From the human T2T-CHM13v2.0 reference genome, Homo sapiens: a stretch of DNA of 64,000 nucleotides. A program made the translations under genes and the position numbers. Numbering within the stretch: the stretch's first letter is position 1; each line of letters begins with the position of its first letter. Location of the stretch: NCBI RefSeq assembly GCF_009914755.1, contig NC_060941.1; one strand, written 5' to 3'. The notes under the pieces are model-generated. The model searched no databases. It was not told the origin of the DNA and saw only the letters and a program-made list of their open reading frames with translations. Positions 44,130-58,272 of the stretch are shown here, one piece after another.

Positions 44130-45115
44130 AATTCTTTGTGAGAGGGTCCTGTGTGTTTTCTCTTTGAAAGCCGAGTGCCTGATACAGGGCCTGGCACAAA
44201 TTAGATACTCAAAAAGTATTCGTTGAACCAAAGAGAATGAGTTGGTGAAGGTCTGATAACCTAACTTGATCACCAGTCGTATTTATCCGGTCTTGAATTA
44301 CTTGAATATTTACAGCTGTGCGTGAGACTTTTACTGAACTCCCTTAATACCCAAGAGTAGCCGTCTCATCAGCATCATTATTACGGCTGATGCTGGGGGT
44401 GTGGGGGAACACACCTGATGGGCTTTTCTGTTTTTCCCAGTAACTGTTTCAAAGTGTAGTCTTCACTATTTGGAATTTAGTTTAAGAAGTAGTGGGTGAG
44501 GCAATAGCTTTTGACTGGTTGGGATCAACAATTGGTATGATGGATTCCTTGTTTATTTTTTCTGACCGATCCAAGTGACTCAGTGATACTAGACATTTCG
44601 TGATGTACAAACAGCCAAATTACCTGACCCTGAGAACTGTTGTTGGAAATGGTGTCTGGAGAGCCTGCTGTAGGAGTGCAAATTCTCGGAAGCCCAGAGT
44701 TGGAAGATCCACGGCACAGGATGTGACATCTTTGTGATACCATGTATTTAGCGTCTCTTATGTGTCTGGTGTTTTTCTTGCATTTATTCATTGTATGTAA
44801 ACATTAAATGTTTCTTGAGCATTTATTGTGTGTGAGGTATTATGGGAGGCAAAGGTTAAAAAACACAGTTCTTGTCTTCAAACAACTTATCCTTAGTGGG
44901 AAGTCATGTATATGAATAAATATTACTATTCAAATAGTCACTTCAGCGGATAACATACATAAATGCACTAGGTATGCATTATTGTTCCCATTGTACAGAT
45001 GTGCAAATTGAGGCTTGAGGTAGTTAAGTGATTCTCCCGAGTGCAGTAGTAAGTGGAGCACTAAGCTTTGAACTGGACCTCTCAACTTCCAAACCTGTTC
45101 TTTTTCCACAGTACC
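44130..45115. mobile_element. Cluster of L2 (44130-44240 +; 44785-44920 -) and MIR (44975-45115 -) fragments
   Basis: gcctggcacaaattagatactcaaaaagtattcgttgaa; gagcatttattgtgtgtgagg; cccattgtacagatgtgcaaattgaggc. Confidence 0.6.
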
Positions 45116-46854
45116 ACGTGACTGAACAGCAAAGCTAACTTAGGGGCAGTTTTCTGTCAGTGAAGGTTCCATTTTTGTGGGTGGAGTCTGGGGTCATTGT
45201 GACTATGAGAAATCTTAAAATGGTAAAAGAAATTTGGAATCATACAATCCTGAGACATTAACAGTAAAAACCTTCACAAGGCAGATTAGCAACGTGAACT
45301 AGTAAAGACAGGAGCATGTAGGGCTGATGGGACCGGGTGGGAGCTGGCAGCAGTTTGGAGACTTGGTTTAGGTCCTTCTGAAGAGGGTACAGAGTGGGAC
45401 TTTTCAGGACATTGGGTTTCTGGAAAGATCCGTTTCAAGTGTCTACACCCTAAGCTGAAAGCCAGCCCAGAGAGCTTTTTGGCTCATGCTGGGGCTTATT
45501 CCTGGATTCTGATGAGTCATGTTTTTTAGAAGCTGAACTTCTAAACTTCTAAGCCGAGTCCCATTCAGTTAGCTGGTACCTTCCTCACCTTGGCTTTGTT
45601 TTCTGTTTTTGCTGCTTAATACATTTCCAGCAGGAGATTTAGGAAGGGTCTGTGGACAGAGAAGTAGATTTCCCAGGATCTAAGAAAAGAAGGTTGGTTT
45701 ACTGTGGGTATTCTAGCTGTCATTATAACTGTGTTATTTTATTTATTTACAAAGGGATCATGAGCCAGAACCAATCATAACAATCAAATGAACCCACTCA
45801 CTGTTTCAGCCTCTGATGGTGGCTAAGAGAAAACAGCAAGTGGGGAGCACCCCCCCTCACAGTCGCCTCTATTATGTTGTACCAGAAGCTGGGATCCAGC
45901 ACCCTCAAACGTAGAGGCTTGTACTAGCAAGAGTCACATGGACAGTGGGAAGGTCCATTCTAATTATTTTGTTAGTAATTCAGTCTGTTCTATTTATTCT
46001 TATAATCTAGCACATTCCAAAACATATTTGTTTTGAGAATGATAAACCAAGGGGAAAAGTCAGGTTTTAAGAAGAATGTCATGGCCACGAAGATAACACT
46101 GCCGTTGGGCGTTGCCGTGGTTCTGACTGGGTGAAGGTTTCCCAGTGACCATCTTTGTGTGGAAAGAGCACTCTGCTCCTGATGTTGGGGATGTCATGCC
46201 ACCCACGTACATCACTGTCCTCAGCATTCCAGCACTCTTGCCTATTCTCCGTGCATCTCTTCCACCCTGCAAGCCATTGCTTATGTCACCCTGATTGATC
46301 ATGGTGTAACACCCAGCTGTCCTCTGCACACAGGATCCCAAGCCAGAAGTCTCAGGATTTTCTTGGTTGTCTCCATCTTTTTTTTGTTTCACGCACCTAA
46401 TAGGTTTCCAAGTGCTACGAGTTCTGCTTTCAACTCTCTTTCCTCTCCATCTCCATAGCCACTGTCTTTGTGAAGGCCTTGTTGTGTGCTGTGAGTTGGT
46501 CTTACTGACTCTGGACTGTTTCTCCTCTATGAACTGTCTTTCATATTGCCACCCCGTGGTACTCCAGTTGTTGTTGTTTTTGTTTTTTAATGTGATTATG
46601 CACTCTCTTGCTTATCATCTTCCAAGGTTGGTACAGAGTCACTCACAGCGGCCTCACTGGCTGTTAGCTGTGGCTGCTGGCCAGGGAGTCCTAAGGTCTG
46701 CCCCACATTAGCTTGGGAGGGTAGTGCAGGTTTTTTACAAGGGAGTGGCAGTTTTCCAAGAAGGAACACCTCAGTGTACACACACTTAATAGGCTTCCCC
46801 TGGCGCTGTGTTTCCCAGTGTTTCATTGGCCAAAGCCCAGAGTCACTGTGAAGG

Positions 46855-47442
46855 TTTATGAATCAGGGTTCTCCAGAGAAAAGGAACGTGTGTGTGTGTG
46901 TATGTGTGTGTGTGTGTGTGTGTGTGTAAAGAGATTTAATATAAGATGTTGACTCAATGCAATTATGGAGGCCGGCAAGTCCCAAGATTTGCAGGGTGAG
47001 CTGGCAAGTTGGAGACCCAGGAGAGCCAATGGGATAGCACCAGTCTGATTCTGAAGGTCTGGGAGCCAGGAGAGCTGATGATGTAAGTTCCAGTCCAAGC
47101 TCAAAGGCAGGCAAGCTTAAGACATCAGCTCTGAAGTAAGAGCTGATGTTTTAGATTGAGTCCAAGAGCAAGAAAAAGCTGGTGACCAAATCTCAAGGCC
47201 TTCAGGCAAGAAGAATCCTCTCTTACTTGGAGGGAGAGGCAGTCTTTTTGTTCCATTCAGGCCTTCAACAGATTGGATGAGATCCACCTGCACTAGGAAG
47301 GACAGTCTGCTTTGCTCAACCTCCCGATCTAAATGTTAGTATCATACAAAAACACCATTGTGTAAACACCCAGAATAACGTATGACCAAATGTCTGGGCA
47401 CCTGGGGCCCAGTCAAGTCGGCACATAAAATTAACTATCACA
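46855..47442 (-). mobile_element. MLT2B-type ERVL solo LTR with internal (TG)n
   Basis: tcagggttctccagagaaa..(tg)n..cacataaaattaactatcaca; 5-bp TSD gaagg. Confidence 0.9.
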
Positions 47443-47519
47443 GAAGGGTGTGGAACCTGGGGGTATGAGTCACTGGGGCCGTTAGTGTAACCATTTGCCA
47501 CAGGCAGACTTGTTTGGGT

Positions 47520-47628
47520 TATAATTCTTTCCTGTAAATCTTATTCATCTCTGTATCCCCAATGCCTAGTATGATCTCTGACTTATAGTAGGTGATCATT
47601 AATGTTTGTTGAAAGAGCGAATGAATGG
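47520..47628 (+). mobile_element. L2 3' end
   Basis: ttattcatctctgtatccccaatgcctag..tagtaggtg..aatgtttgttgaa..gaatgaatg. Confidence 0.7.
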
Positions 47629-47689
47629 AAAAAAAAAATGAAGTCTTTGATTCCCTAAAGAAAATGAAAATAATTTCATAGACTTGAGT

Positions 47690-47892
47690 CAAGCTTGTCC
47701 AACCCACCTTATTTTGTTGTCGTGGTGGTTCTGTTTTGTTTTGTTTGAGACTTTTGGCAACCTGAAGCCATGTTTTTTAGTTTCTATCTCTAGTGATAAG
47801 CAGAAAAGAGGGATGAGGAAGGGGCTTTACTGGCCCAACAAGAAACAGAAACTAAGAACCCATGACTGTATTCTCTCCCTTGGACACTCCTA
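47690..47892. mobile_element. MER107-like non-autonomous DNA transposon
   Basis: Degenerate TIRs (cttgtccaa / ttggacac); body gggatgaggaaggggctttactggccc..cccatgactgtattctctccc matches remembered consensus. Confidence 0.65.
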
Positions 47893-48464
47893 GGAGTGGA
47901 ATATCTGTGAAATGTTTCCTGCGATTCTCTCAGAATCAATACCAGCCACTTCCTGATTACAAGTTACCATCTTTAGAAAGAGAATTTTGTTTTCGGGGGG
48001 AAAAGGTTTTTTGTGTTGAGGGACTCTTCAGTGCTTGAAGTTTAAGCCTAACGAAATTATGCAAGATGCCCACTGAACTGTGCCTGCTGTGTGACCAGAA
48101 TCTCTTAACCTCATGAGCATTTTTTGGTTAAATGTTGGTAGGAAAAACTGCTTATTGAAAGGCAAAACTTGTTTTGTCACCTGCGTATTTTAGGGTGATC
48201 ATCCTTGAAGTGATGGCTTATCATGTAGAGAGGTTTGTAACCAATTGCAATTCAAAAGGGAGAAATGGAGAGAGCTAACAGCTTAAGGAATCAATAGCCT
48301 TTGATTTCTTTCCCATTTGATCACTGCCTTTCTGGGTATATTCCTGACTTTACATAGCCTGCCTTTGCCAGGACAGAGACTGTCTTCAGAAATCTTAGAG
48401 TTTACTATTCTTGTTCATGAGAAATTGTTATGAGATTGCTGTAGGAAAGTATGTATTTTACTAA

Positions 48465-48726
48465 TTTTATTATTTTTTTTTGAGATGGGGTCTCACTCTG
48501 TCGCCCAAGCTGGAGTGCAGTGGCCCAATCATGGCTCACTGCAACATCAACCTCCCTGGGCTCAGGTAATTCTCCTACCTCAGCTTCCCTAGTAGCTGGG
48601 ACTACAGGCGTGCACCACCATGCCCGGCTAATTTTCGTGTTTTTTGTAGAGACGGGATTTTGCCTTGTTGCCCAGGCTGGTCTCGAACTCCGGTACTCAG
48701 GTGATCTGCCCACCCCTGCTCCCCAA
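48465..48726 (-). mobile_element. AluJ/S SINE, 5'-truncated
   Basis: Reverse Alu ending at ccccaaa; TSD-like gtatttta. Confidence 0.88.
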
Positions 48727-49401
48727 ATAACGTATTTTAAAACATACAGATTATAACTGCTTTACAATAGGTGAGGCATTTTTTTTCGTGTCATAAAACA
48801 TGCCTGTGATGAATGCCTTTAGGAAAGCAGTACGCCTATTGCTAGCTTTCTGCACTTCCAAGTCCCAAGCCTATTCCTCCTCATCCCTTTTTCAAGGCAG
48901 GAAGCTTTGTAGAATGAGCATGGGATATCAGTGTTTAAAACATAAGAATTTCATACTCGAAAATGATCTTCTCTGTGGAGGTGGGTGATTTTAGGTTTCT
49001 AGATATTAAGCTTGTATTATGACTCATTTGTTCTTAAACAGGTTGTTCTCCAGTTACTAAAATTAATCACAAAAGACCAAGGAAGCTTGAAAAAGAAGGG
49101 GAGTTCATACAGCAGGTCTTAAAATTAGAAAGGCAGGGCTGCTCTCTTTTGCATTTGCTAAGTTTGAATGATGCACCAGGATTTAGGTAATTCATCGTAA
49201 TCGTTGTTTTTTCCCCATTAAGAATTGGTAACTGGGAATAACTTAATGTGTAAAACTAGACGGGGAAGAAAAATGGTAGGCTGAATATTTAAGAAGGAAT
49301 CACATTCCTAGGTATTAAAGGGGCTTGGGCTTGCGGATTTGCTGCTCGCTGTCAGTTTGGACACGTGTGCTCAAATCAGGTCATTCTCTCATATAGTGAA
49401 C

Positions 49402-49699
49402 TTTTTTTTTTTTTTTTGAGATGGAGTCTCGCTCTGTCACCCAGGCTGGAGTGTAGTGGTGTGATCTTGGCTCACTGCAACCTCTGCCTCCCAGCCTCAA
49501 GAAATTCTCCTGCCTCAGCCTCCTGAGTAGCTGGGATTACAGGTGCACACCACCACACTCGGCTTATTTTTGTATTTTTAGTGGAGACAGGGTTTCACCA
49601 TATTGGCCAGGGCGGTCTTGAACTCCTGATCTCGGGTGATCTACCCCCCTCAGCCTTCCAAAGTGCTGGGATTACAGGCATGAGCTACTGTACCCAGCT
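49402..49699 (-). mobile_element. AluSx SINE
   Basis: TSD atagtgaactt. Confidence 0.92.
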
Positions 49700-49962
49700 G
49701 TCAGATAGTGAACTTCTGTCCATCCGGCAGCCAGACAATGAGAGAGTCCAGCACAGTAGCGCCTCTGAAGAAATACACTGCTTGCCAAATAGCTTCCTAG
49801 CTTGGCTCCTGGTTTCCATTCCCATCCCCTACAGTTTACCCTCCACAGTAGCTAGTCTGATGTTTTGCAAGTGTTAATATCAGGCAGATCAAATCATTGT
49901 GTCACTCCATCTGAACCCTTCAGTGCCCTCCTCTTAACCACTGGAATAAAAAATATGTATAC

Positions 49963-50174
49963 CCAGCCTGGCCAACATGGTGAAACCCCGTCTCTACTAA
50001 AAATATAAAAATTAACTGGGCTTGTTGGCAGCCACCTGTAATCTCAGCTACTCAGGTGGCTGAGGCAGGAGAATTGCTTGAACCTGGGAGGCGGATGTTG
50101 CAGTGAGCCAAGATCACACCACTGCACTCAGCCTTGATGACAGAGTGAGACCCTGCCTCCAACAACAACAAAAA

Positions 50175-50176
<2 letters not shown>
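49963..50176 (+). mobile_element. 5'-truncated AluS followed by (TG)n at 50177-50210
   Basis: Starts at ccagcctggccaacatgg. Confidence 0.9.
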
Positions 50177-50212
<36 letters not shown>

Positions 50213-50428
50213 TTCTTTCTTTCCTTGGTCCACAAGGCCCATCATGATTGTGATCTGGCTCCTGCACACCTCACTGACCAGAACATCCCAAGTTCATTGG
50301 CACCCCAGGGCTGCTGCCCTGGGCGGTTCCTCTTTGTAGAACTAATCTTCATGATGCTCATTCGTACGATTTCAGACTCCGCTGAAATACTGCCTCCTTC
50401 AAGAGCCTTTTTAGATCATACCCCCCTT

Positions 50429-50710
50429 GTTATTATTATTTTTGAGCTGGCCCAGGCTGGAGTGCAGTGTCATGAACTTGGCTCACTGCAACTTCCACCT
50501 CCCAGGTTCGAGCAATTCTCCTGCCTCAGCCTCTTGAGTGGCTGGGATTATAGGCGTGCACCACCATGCCCGGCTAATTTTTGTATTTTTAGTACAGACA
50601 GGGTTTCACCATGTTGGCCAGGCTGATCTAGAACTCCTGGCCTCAGTTGACCTGCCTGCCTCTGCCTCCCAAAGTTCTGGGATTGCAGGCGTGAGCCGCC
50701 GCACCTGGTC
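50429..50710 (-). mobile_element. AluS SINE
   Basis: Reverse dimer with short deletion near tail. Confidence 0.9.
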
Positions 50711-51691
50711 CCCCTCATTATTTTCTATTACTTTATGCACTTCAAACCCCCTGTCATCATCTAAAACCATACAATTTATTTGTTACTTGATTATTGGGTA
50801 TCTTTCCACCAACTTGAAAGCACCGTGAGAGCAGGATGTTATCTTACTCTTCTGTTTAACCTAAAATGGTGCCTGATGTGTGGTAGGTGCTCAGTGAATA
50901 TTTGTTGGCTGGATGAGTGAATGCATTTTAGTTGCACAAGGGAGATGAAAGATCTTACAGGGTTTTTTGTTTCCTTCTAACAATAAAACTAAAGGGAAAT
51001 GTCCTAAGATCAATAGAGACTTTTTCCTTTCTATGACTGTGATGCCATGCCAGTGAAGCCTGAGACCTGCCGTGTGATCGGACATCTTCCAAATAAAAGG
51101 TGTGTTCTTCTTAATCTTAATGTTTAGAATATGCAGCCTATAAAATTAATTTTAAAATAAAATGCATACAGTCAATCTTATTTAACTAGAATACTTAACC
51201 ACTTGATTCTGAATGTTGCCCATTCTGGATAAGTGAAGTAGATGTTGAATTTAAAACCTTGAGAATAATTTGTATCTAATAGGATCCTAACCTTGAATAT
51301 TATGGCTGCATATCGACTTGGGATCAGTGTCCTCTCTTAGATTGTCCTCTGCAGTCATTAATTTTTTTCTGCTAATATTCTTGGTGAGCAGTAGGGTGTT
51401 GTTAAGTAAATTGATGCATCAGTGTGATAAAATACATGCAGCCATTAAGAATGATGCTTATAAAGACATAGAAAAATGCTTATATGATGCTAGGTGCAAA
51501 AGCTTAATATAAAGTTATTGCCATGATTGTCACTACAGCAGAGTTAGTGTAGGGGAACAGGAAGTAGAAGGGAACCTAAAAGATGGAAATCATTTAATTG
51601 ATTTTTAAGGTGATTTGACATAGGGAGATTTTCTTTTTGGATTTAATCTTGTTAGAACAATACAATTTTCAACAGTTATAAAATTCTGTTT

Positions 51692-51992
51692 ACAGTAGTC
51701 CCCACTTATCTGTGGTTTCAGTTACTTTTAGTATAGTACACTAAGATATTTTGAGAGACCACATTCACATAACTTTTATTACATACAGTATATTAGTATA
51801 ATTGTTCTATTTTACAATTAGTTATTGTTATTAATCTCTTACTGTGCCTGATTTATAAATTAATCTTTAACATGGGTATGTACATATAGGAAAAACATAG
51901 TATATATAGGGTTTGGTACTAGCCACGGTTTCAGGCATTTACTGGGGTTTCTTGGGATGTAGGCCCTACAGATAAAAGGGCGACTGTACTTG
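51692..51992. mobile_element. MER44A (Tigger7-derived MITE)
   Basis: ta-cagtagtccccacttatc TIR; gagagaccacattcacataacttttattac body. Confidence 0.85.
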
Positions 51993-52164
51993 TACCTTTC
52001 TCTAGTCTAGGCCATGTAATTCTCTTGAAATATGACAGAGCACTGTCACCTCCCAGAATGCTACATGAATGAAACATACCCACCCATCTGAGAACTCTCC
52101 TTCGCCCAACAGTGTGATGAGAAAGCTGTCTGTTGCAGATATCTACACTGCTGCATGCTAAGTG

Positions 52165-53045
52165 TGTCATCCTGGGATTCAAACGTGAGTAATAGAAAAC
52201 CTGACTAAGCAGTGGCTTGAACTGAATAGGAGGCTCGCTCTCCTCATTTAACAAAATGTCCAGAACAGGGCAGTCCAAAGCTGATACAGCAGCTCCATGT
52301 TTCTGTGCGGGACCCGGCCTCCTCCAGCGTTTAGTTTAGCTGTCTTGTCTTGTAGGCTTCTTTCTTTCATTCTCATCTTTGTTACCCGGTAGGTGTGAGA
52401 TGCCTGCTTCATTAGCATCCTACCCGTGCTCCAAGCAGGAGGCGAGCCAAAGGTGAACTCAAATCACAGATGCTTTTTAAGGCCGTTCCCATTCAAAGAA
52501 CTCCTCCAGAAACAATTCCATTCCAGCAGTTTCCATTTACATCATCTTGGCCAGAACCATATCATGTAGCCACTCCGATTTGGAAAATGTTAGGTTTCTG
52601 GTTTATCTGGATGGTTTTGTTTGCTTGCTTTTGTTGAGCATGTTTCTACCTGGAACAAAGTTAACTTAGTTTTGTGATAAAGAAGGGATGTGGCTGGGTG
52701 CGGTGGCTCACATGCATAATCCCAGCACTTTGGGAGGCCGAGGCGAGTGGATCACTAGGTCAGGAGATCAAGACCATCCTGGCTAACATGGTGAAACCCC
52801 ATCTCTACTAAAAATACAAAAAAATTAGCTGGGCATGGTGGCCTGCGCCTCTAGTCCCAGCTACTCGGGAGGCTGAAGCAGGAGAATCACTTGAACCTGG
52901 GAGGCGGAGGTTGCAGTGAGCCGAGGTTGCAGTGAGCCAAGATTGCGCCGCTGCACTCCAGCCTGGGTGACAGAGCAAGACTCTGTCTCAAAAAAAAAAA
53001 AAAAAAAAAGAAGGGAATGAATGTTGGATAGGTAACTAACAGTGA
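52165..53045 (-). mobile_element. MLT1J/K-like LTR interrupted by an Alu
   Basis: agtaatagaaaacctgactaagcagtggctt..ttggccagaaccatatcatgtagccac..ttggataggtaactaacagtg. Confidence 0.6.
52692..53009 (+). mobile_element. AluY/Sc SINE with internal 16-bp tandem duplication
   Basis: gagatcaagaccatcctggctaac; gaggttgcagtgagcc x2; TSD aaagaaggga. Confidence 0.92.
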
Positions 53046-53260
53046 ACTCTGTCGTAAAGTTGCTGAGGATTGCCTTACCATGTGTGCACACGTGTGTGTA
53101 AGTCTTTTCAATGCTCCTATTGCTGTGACTTCATCTCTAGTACAGGAAGGATTCTGTCACATGACGTCATGACAGGTTTTGAGATACAGTGGAATTAACT
53201 GAGTTTCTTGATCTGCTGATGATAGAAAAAGGAGACAAGGATGAGGAAGTCTTGTGTGAG

Positions 53261-53563
53261 TTTTTCTTTTTTTGCGGGGGGTAGGGTGTCTCACTCCTTT
53301 TGCCCAGGCTTGAGTGCAGTGGGGTGGTCACAGCTCACTGCAGCCTCAATTCTCTGGGCTCAGGTGATCCTCCCCCCATCAGTCTCCCAAGTAGCTGGGA
53401 CTGCAGGAGTGCATCACCATACCCAGCTAATTTTTTATATTTTTAGTAGAGATGGGGCCTCGCTATGTTGCCCTGGCTGGTCTTGAACTCCTGGGCTGAA
53501 GCAATCCGCCCACCTCGGCTTCGCAGAGTGTTGGGATTACAGGTGTGAGTCACCATGCCCAGC
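53261..53563 (-). mobile_element. AluJ SINE
   Basis: J diagnostics; TSD tgagttttt. Confidence 0.9.
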
Positions 53564-54006
53564 AATGAGTTTTTGTTTTTGTTTTTTGTTTTTCTTAAAC
53601 AAGGCTTTTCTTTTATCTTTAAACACTTTGTTGGTTCTCTCTGTTTGGTAGTTGTACTATGTCTAAGTTGTTTATTTTGTTAGGAGCATTTTGTTGTAAT
53701 CATGAAATATTTTGAGATTCAATACTTGTGTTTATTCAGTCATAATATTCTTATTATATAATACTTCCTGATAGTAGATATTAGGATTGATTGAAGCAAA
53801 GCATGTGTATTAATAAACTCAGTATTCATTAAAGCAGCTTGGGTTGCCTGTAGAAACGGCAGAGCATCCCCAAGGCTGAGGGAGGCGGGGCTCCTCTGTG
53901 GGTAGCAGACTTCATCTGCAGGACAATGTGCAGCACAGGCTGTGGGTATTAAAGGAGGGATCAAGAAACTGGTATTACCAGGGGCACTTGGGAGGATAGG
54001 GGATCA

Positions 54007-54576
<570 letters not shown>

Positions 54577-54730
54577 CTAGCTCTGATCTGGGCCGAAGCA
54601 GCAGTGATGGTTCCCCTAGGCCGGAATTTGATGCGAGGCTAGGATGGATATTGGGTTTTCTCTCTGGAATAGCTCAGCTCCTCCTGTGCCACCTGGCTAA
54701 TTTGTACTCTTTCTTCAAGAATCGGAATTG

Positions 54731-55049
<319 letters not shown>

Positions 55050-57179
55050 CTACTCCCTGTCCCCCAATGGACTCCTTTCTTCCCCTCCTCGCCCCCAATT
55101 CAGTTGTTTCTCTTCCACCTCCTGCGTGCCTCTTTGAAGACTTTCATACCACTTGTTGTAATTGTTCCTCTGTGTCTGCCCATGCACTGTGGCCCTTGAG
55201 GGCAAAACCTATCTTTCATCTCCCCGTCCCTGTCCTCAGTGCTTACACAGAATCTGGCATGTATCTGGCTCTCAACAAATATTTATTGAATTAGCAAGTA
55301 AATGAATAGAGATCAGATTCTGCTTGAGTTAACCTTGACATTAGACAGAATTTCTGTTCTAACTTTTTTCACGCCAAAACCATTCTTACAGGTTTTTCTG
55401 AGCCAATCTGTTGTGGCCTCTTAGCATAATGGATAGTTACTGAGAAAAAAGAATTAACACCGAGTTCTTGGCGCAAGTGTCATCCAGTTGAGGTGTGCAA
55501 CTTCCTTGCTTGTGACAAGGTTGAAAATTACTCATCAAGCTGTTTTTGCAAAGCAGTTTCTGCTTATCAGTTTACGCATGAAAAGTCCACTCTGTGTCTG
55601 TGTTGATGACCATAACGTGGACCATCTAACAGCTAGGATATTTAGGATGGTTGTGAGTACAGCTGCAGGTTCCCTTTTGCTTATTGAAATAGAATAACCA
55701 GAGAAGAACAAGGCAAGTTTTAAAAATAACTTGGTACACATGTAGGTGAAATAACCTTACCTCCCAGTAGCTGAGAGAAAAAAAAAAGATCTCAATGCTG
55801 GCTGTTGTTCCAGGATATTTTTAGTAAGATGGCCCTGTCGTCTTTGATGGTCAATGAAGGAATAATGGCAGAAAAAAATATTAGGCGAGGAGAAGGCTAC
55901 GGGCATTGTTTGGTGTTTCATTTAATTTCCACCTCATCCACCAGAGAAAAGCAAACATAAGCAGAGGCTGATGATGAGCACAGTAGAAAGGAAAATGTGA
56001 TGTGTCTTTTCCTTGTATTTGGTTGATAATATGTGATTTGCTTATACCACATTCTGATGGGAGGTATTTTCAGTCTGTGGCTTTGTAAGTTGAAGGGCCT
56101 CCTAAGAAACTCCTGTTTCGTAAGATATTCTCTGTCTTAACTTTATTCAGGAAAAAATATGATTTTTTGGAGTTGCTTAATAGTTTTTAGCTTTTAAATA
56201 AGTATAGTTTATTTACCACAGCATTTGAACTGTCAGGATTTTACTGTGAATGCTACCAGAAAGGTTTGTTCTATTTTTACGAGAATCTTCTTAGGGAAAT
56301 TGATGAACCTGGTAACCTAATTTTAGACCTCCTGAAATTTGACAGATGGATGGTATTTATAGTGTTCTGAATCGGTCCCTATTAGACATTTAAAAATAGT
56401 CACATCATTAGAGAATACATTCAAAAAAGAAAAGATTTTTAACCCAAAATCTAATGCCCAGAAAATTTTTAGTCTCCTAAACTGGGTGTGCATTTTGGTA
56501 ACAGTTTCTAAAAAGCCTTTTTGTACTCTCCTCATTCTCTTTCCTGTGTGATGCTGCTGTTGTCATGGAAACAGATCTTGGAGTTGCTTTGTTAATACCG
56601 TGTAAGGGACTCCCTGAAATGGAGAGTTACTGCAGGTCATTATCATCAACACAGAGCTTTAATATCAAGTGTTGTGCTATGATGCGTACACTACAAAGCA
56701 CAGAAATCTGTGTTTGGAGGTTACACTAAAGACATTTAACCTTGACACCCATAAACACTACACAAACATCAGGGTCTTCAGTCATAGAACCTGGAAAAGT
56801 GGAGGCCATGGGCTCATGCTATTTCTATTGCAGATAGTGAGCTATGTCCTGGTTTGGGGCCGGCCGTTGTTAGGTGCTCCATTAGGGCTGGCTTATTGAG
56901 AAAGGAGGATTTGGAAGATTGTTGAGTGAATCCAGGAAAGGAGCAAGCCGAAAGTTCACAGGGATTGTTGGAAATTTCCAACAACAGTTTAGATGGAAAT
57001 TGGCTCCCGGGATGAAAAATGGCTGTGCATATTGTGTTTGAGTGCTTGGAGGCCTCTAGCTAGAATGTTTTTATTAGCAAGTTTATAGCTTGTAAGATGG
57101 TCCAGTCAGATATTCATGCAAGGCATTTTATGATGTACGTGATTTTGTTGACTGGGGCCTTAAGGTGGGAAACAGTTGG

Positions 57180-57370
57180 AAGGTATAGTGGACTCTTGCT
57201 GCCCTGGGACTATCTCTTGCCTCCCCACTTATCAGCAAATTCCATAACCTTCCTGGCCCTCGGTTTCCTCACCTTTCAATTGGTGATTCTTTTACAAGTT
57301 ATACTGGGAATTAAATGGGGTGGATGATGATACAGGATCTTGAAGCGCCTGGTGCTTGGTAAGCACTAAT
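57180..57370 (+). mobile_element. MIR SINE
   Basis: cctcggtttcctcacct..attaaatggg..gcctggtgcttggtaagcact. Confidence 0.6.
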
Positions 57371-57407
57371 TCCTCCAGCCCACACTTTCTTTAACATTTC
57401 CTATGCC

Positions 57408-57572
57408 AGCAGTTCTCAAAGGGGCTTGCCAGACCTCAGCATCAGTATCACCTGGGAGCTCATTAGCAGATATTCACACACCACAGATCTTCTGAAGCAG
57501 CAAGGCAGCGGCTGGGGCCTGGCATTCTGCATTTCCCAAGCTCTCCAAGTAATGCCTATGTTTGAGAATCAC
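57408..57572. mobile_element. MER5A hAT MITE
   Basis: cagcagttctcaaa..gcatcagtatcacctgggagct..tttgagaatcac. Confidence 0.75.
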
Positions 57573-57745
57573 AACCCTAGACTATGTTTCTGGGGCCAAG
57601 ATTACCTTGGATATGGTTGAGTGCAGTTCTCCTTACCATGTAAGATTCCTGGCAATTCCCAGAGCTCATACACTTCACTGTTAAAATAAGGTATTGGAGA
57701 AGGTGGCTTTTGGATTCCTAAGCTATTGGAAGGCCAGGATAACTG

Positions 57746-58272
57746 GTTTGTTTTGTTTGTTTGTTTGTTTGTCTGTTTTGGCTGAAATGCAGTGATCTGA
57801 TCATAGCTCATTATAGCCTCAGGTACATGCCATCCACACTAATAATTTTTTTTTTTTTTTTTTTTAGACAGAGTCTTGCTCTGTCACCCAGGCTGGAGTG
57901 CAATAGTGTGATCTCAGCTCGCCGCAACCTCCTGGGTTCAAGCAATTCTCCTGCCTCAGTCTTCCAAGTAGCTGGGATTACGGGTGCCTACCACCATGCC
58001 CGGCTAATTTTTGTACTTTTAGTAGAGATGGGGTTTCGCCATGTTGGCCAGGCTGGTCTCAAACTCCTGACCTCAGGTGATCCACCCGCCTCGGCCTCCC
58101 AAAGTGCTGTGATTACAGGTGTGAGCCACCATGCCCAGCCCACCGTGCTAATTTTTAAATCTTTTATAGAGTCAGGGTCTTGCTATGTTGCCCAGGCTGG
58201 TCTCAAAACTCCTGGCCTCAAGCAATCCTGCCTCAGCCTCCCAGAGTGCTGGGATTACAGGTGTGAGCCACT
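57746..58272 (-). mobile_element. AluJ split at its A-rich linker by an AluSx (57845-58140)
   Basis: J right-arm remnant 57746-57845, complete AluSx, then J left arm 58141-58272. Confidence 0.85.

Larger units (their letters stand above)
49780..50925 (+). mobile_element. L2 LINE 3' region interrupted by two Alus
   Basis: ctccacagtagc..cccttcagtg; 3' tail gtaggtgctcagtgaatatttgttggctggatgagtgaatg. Confidence 0.7.
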
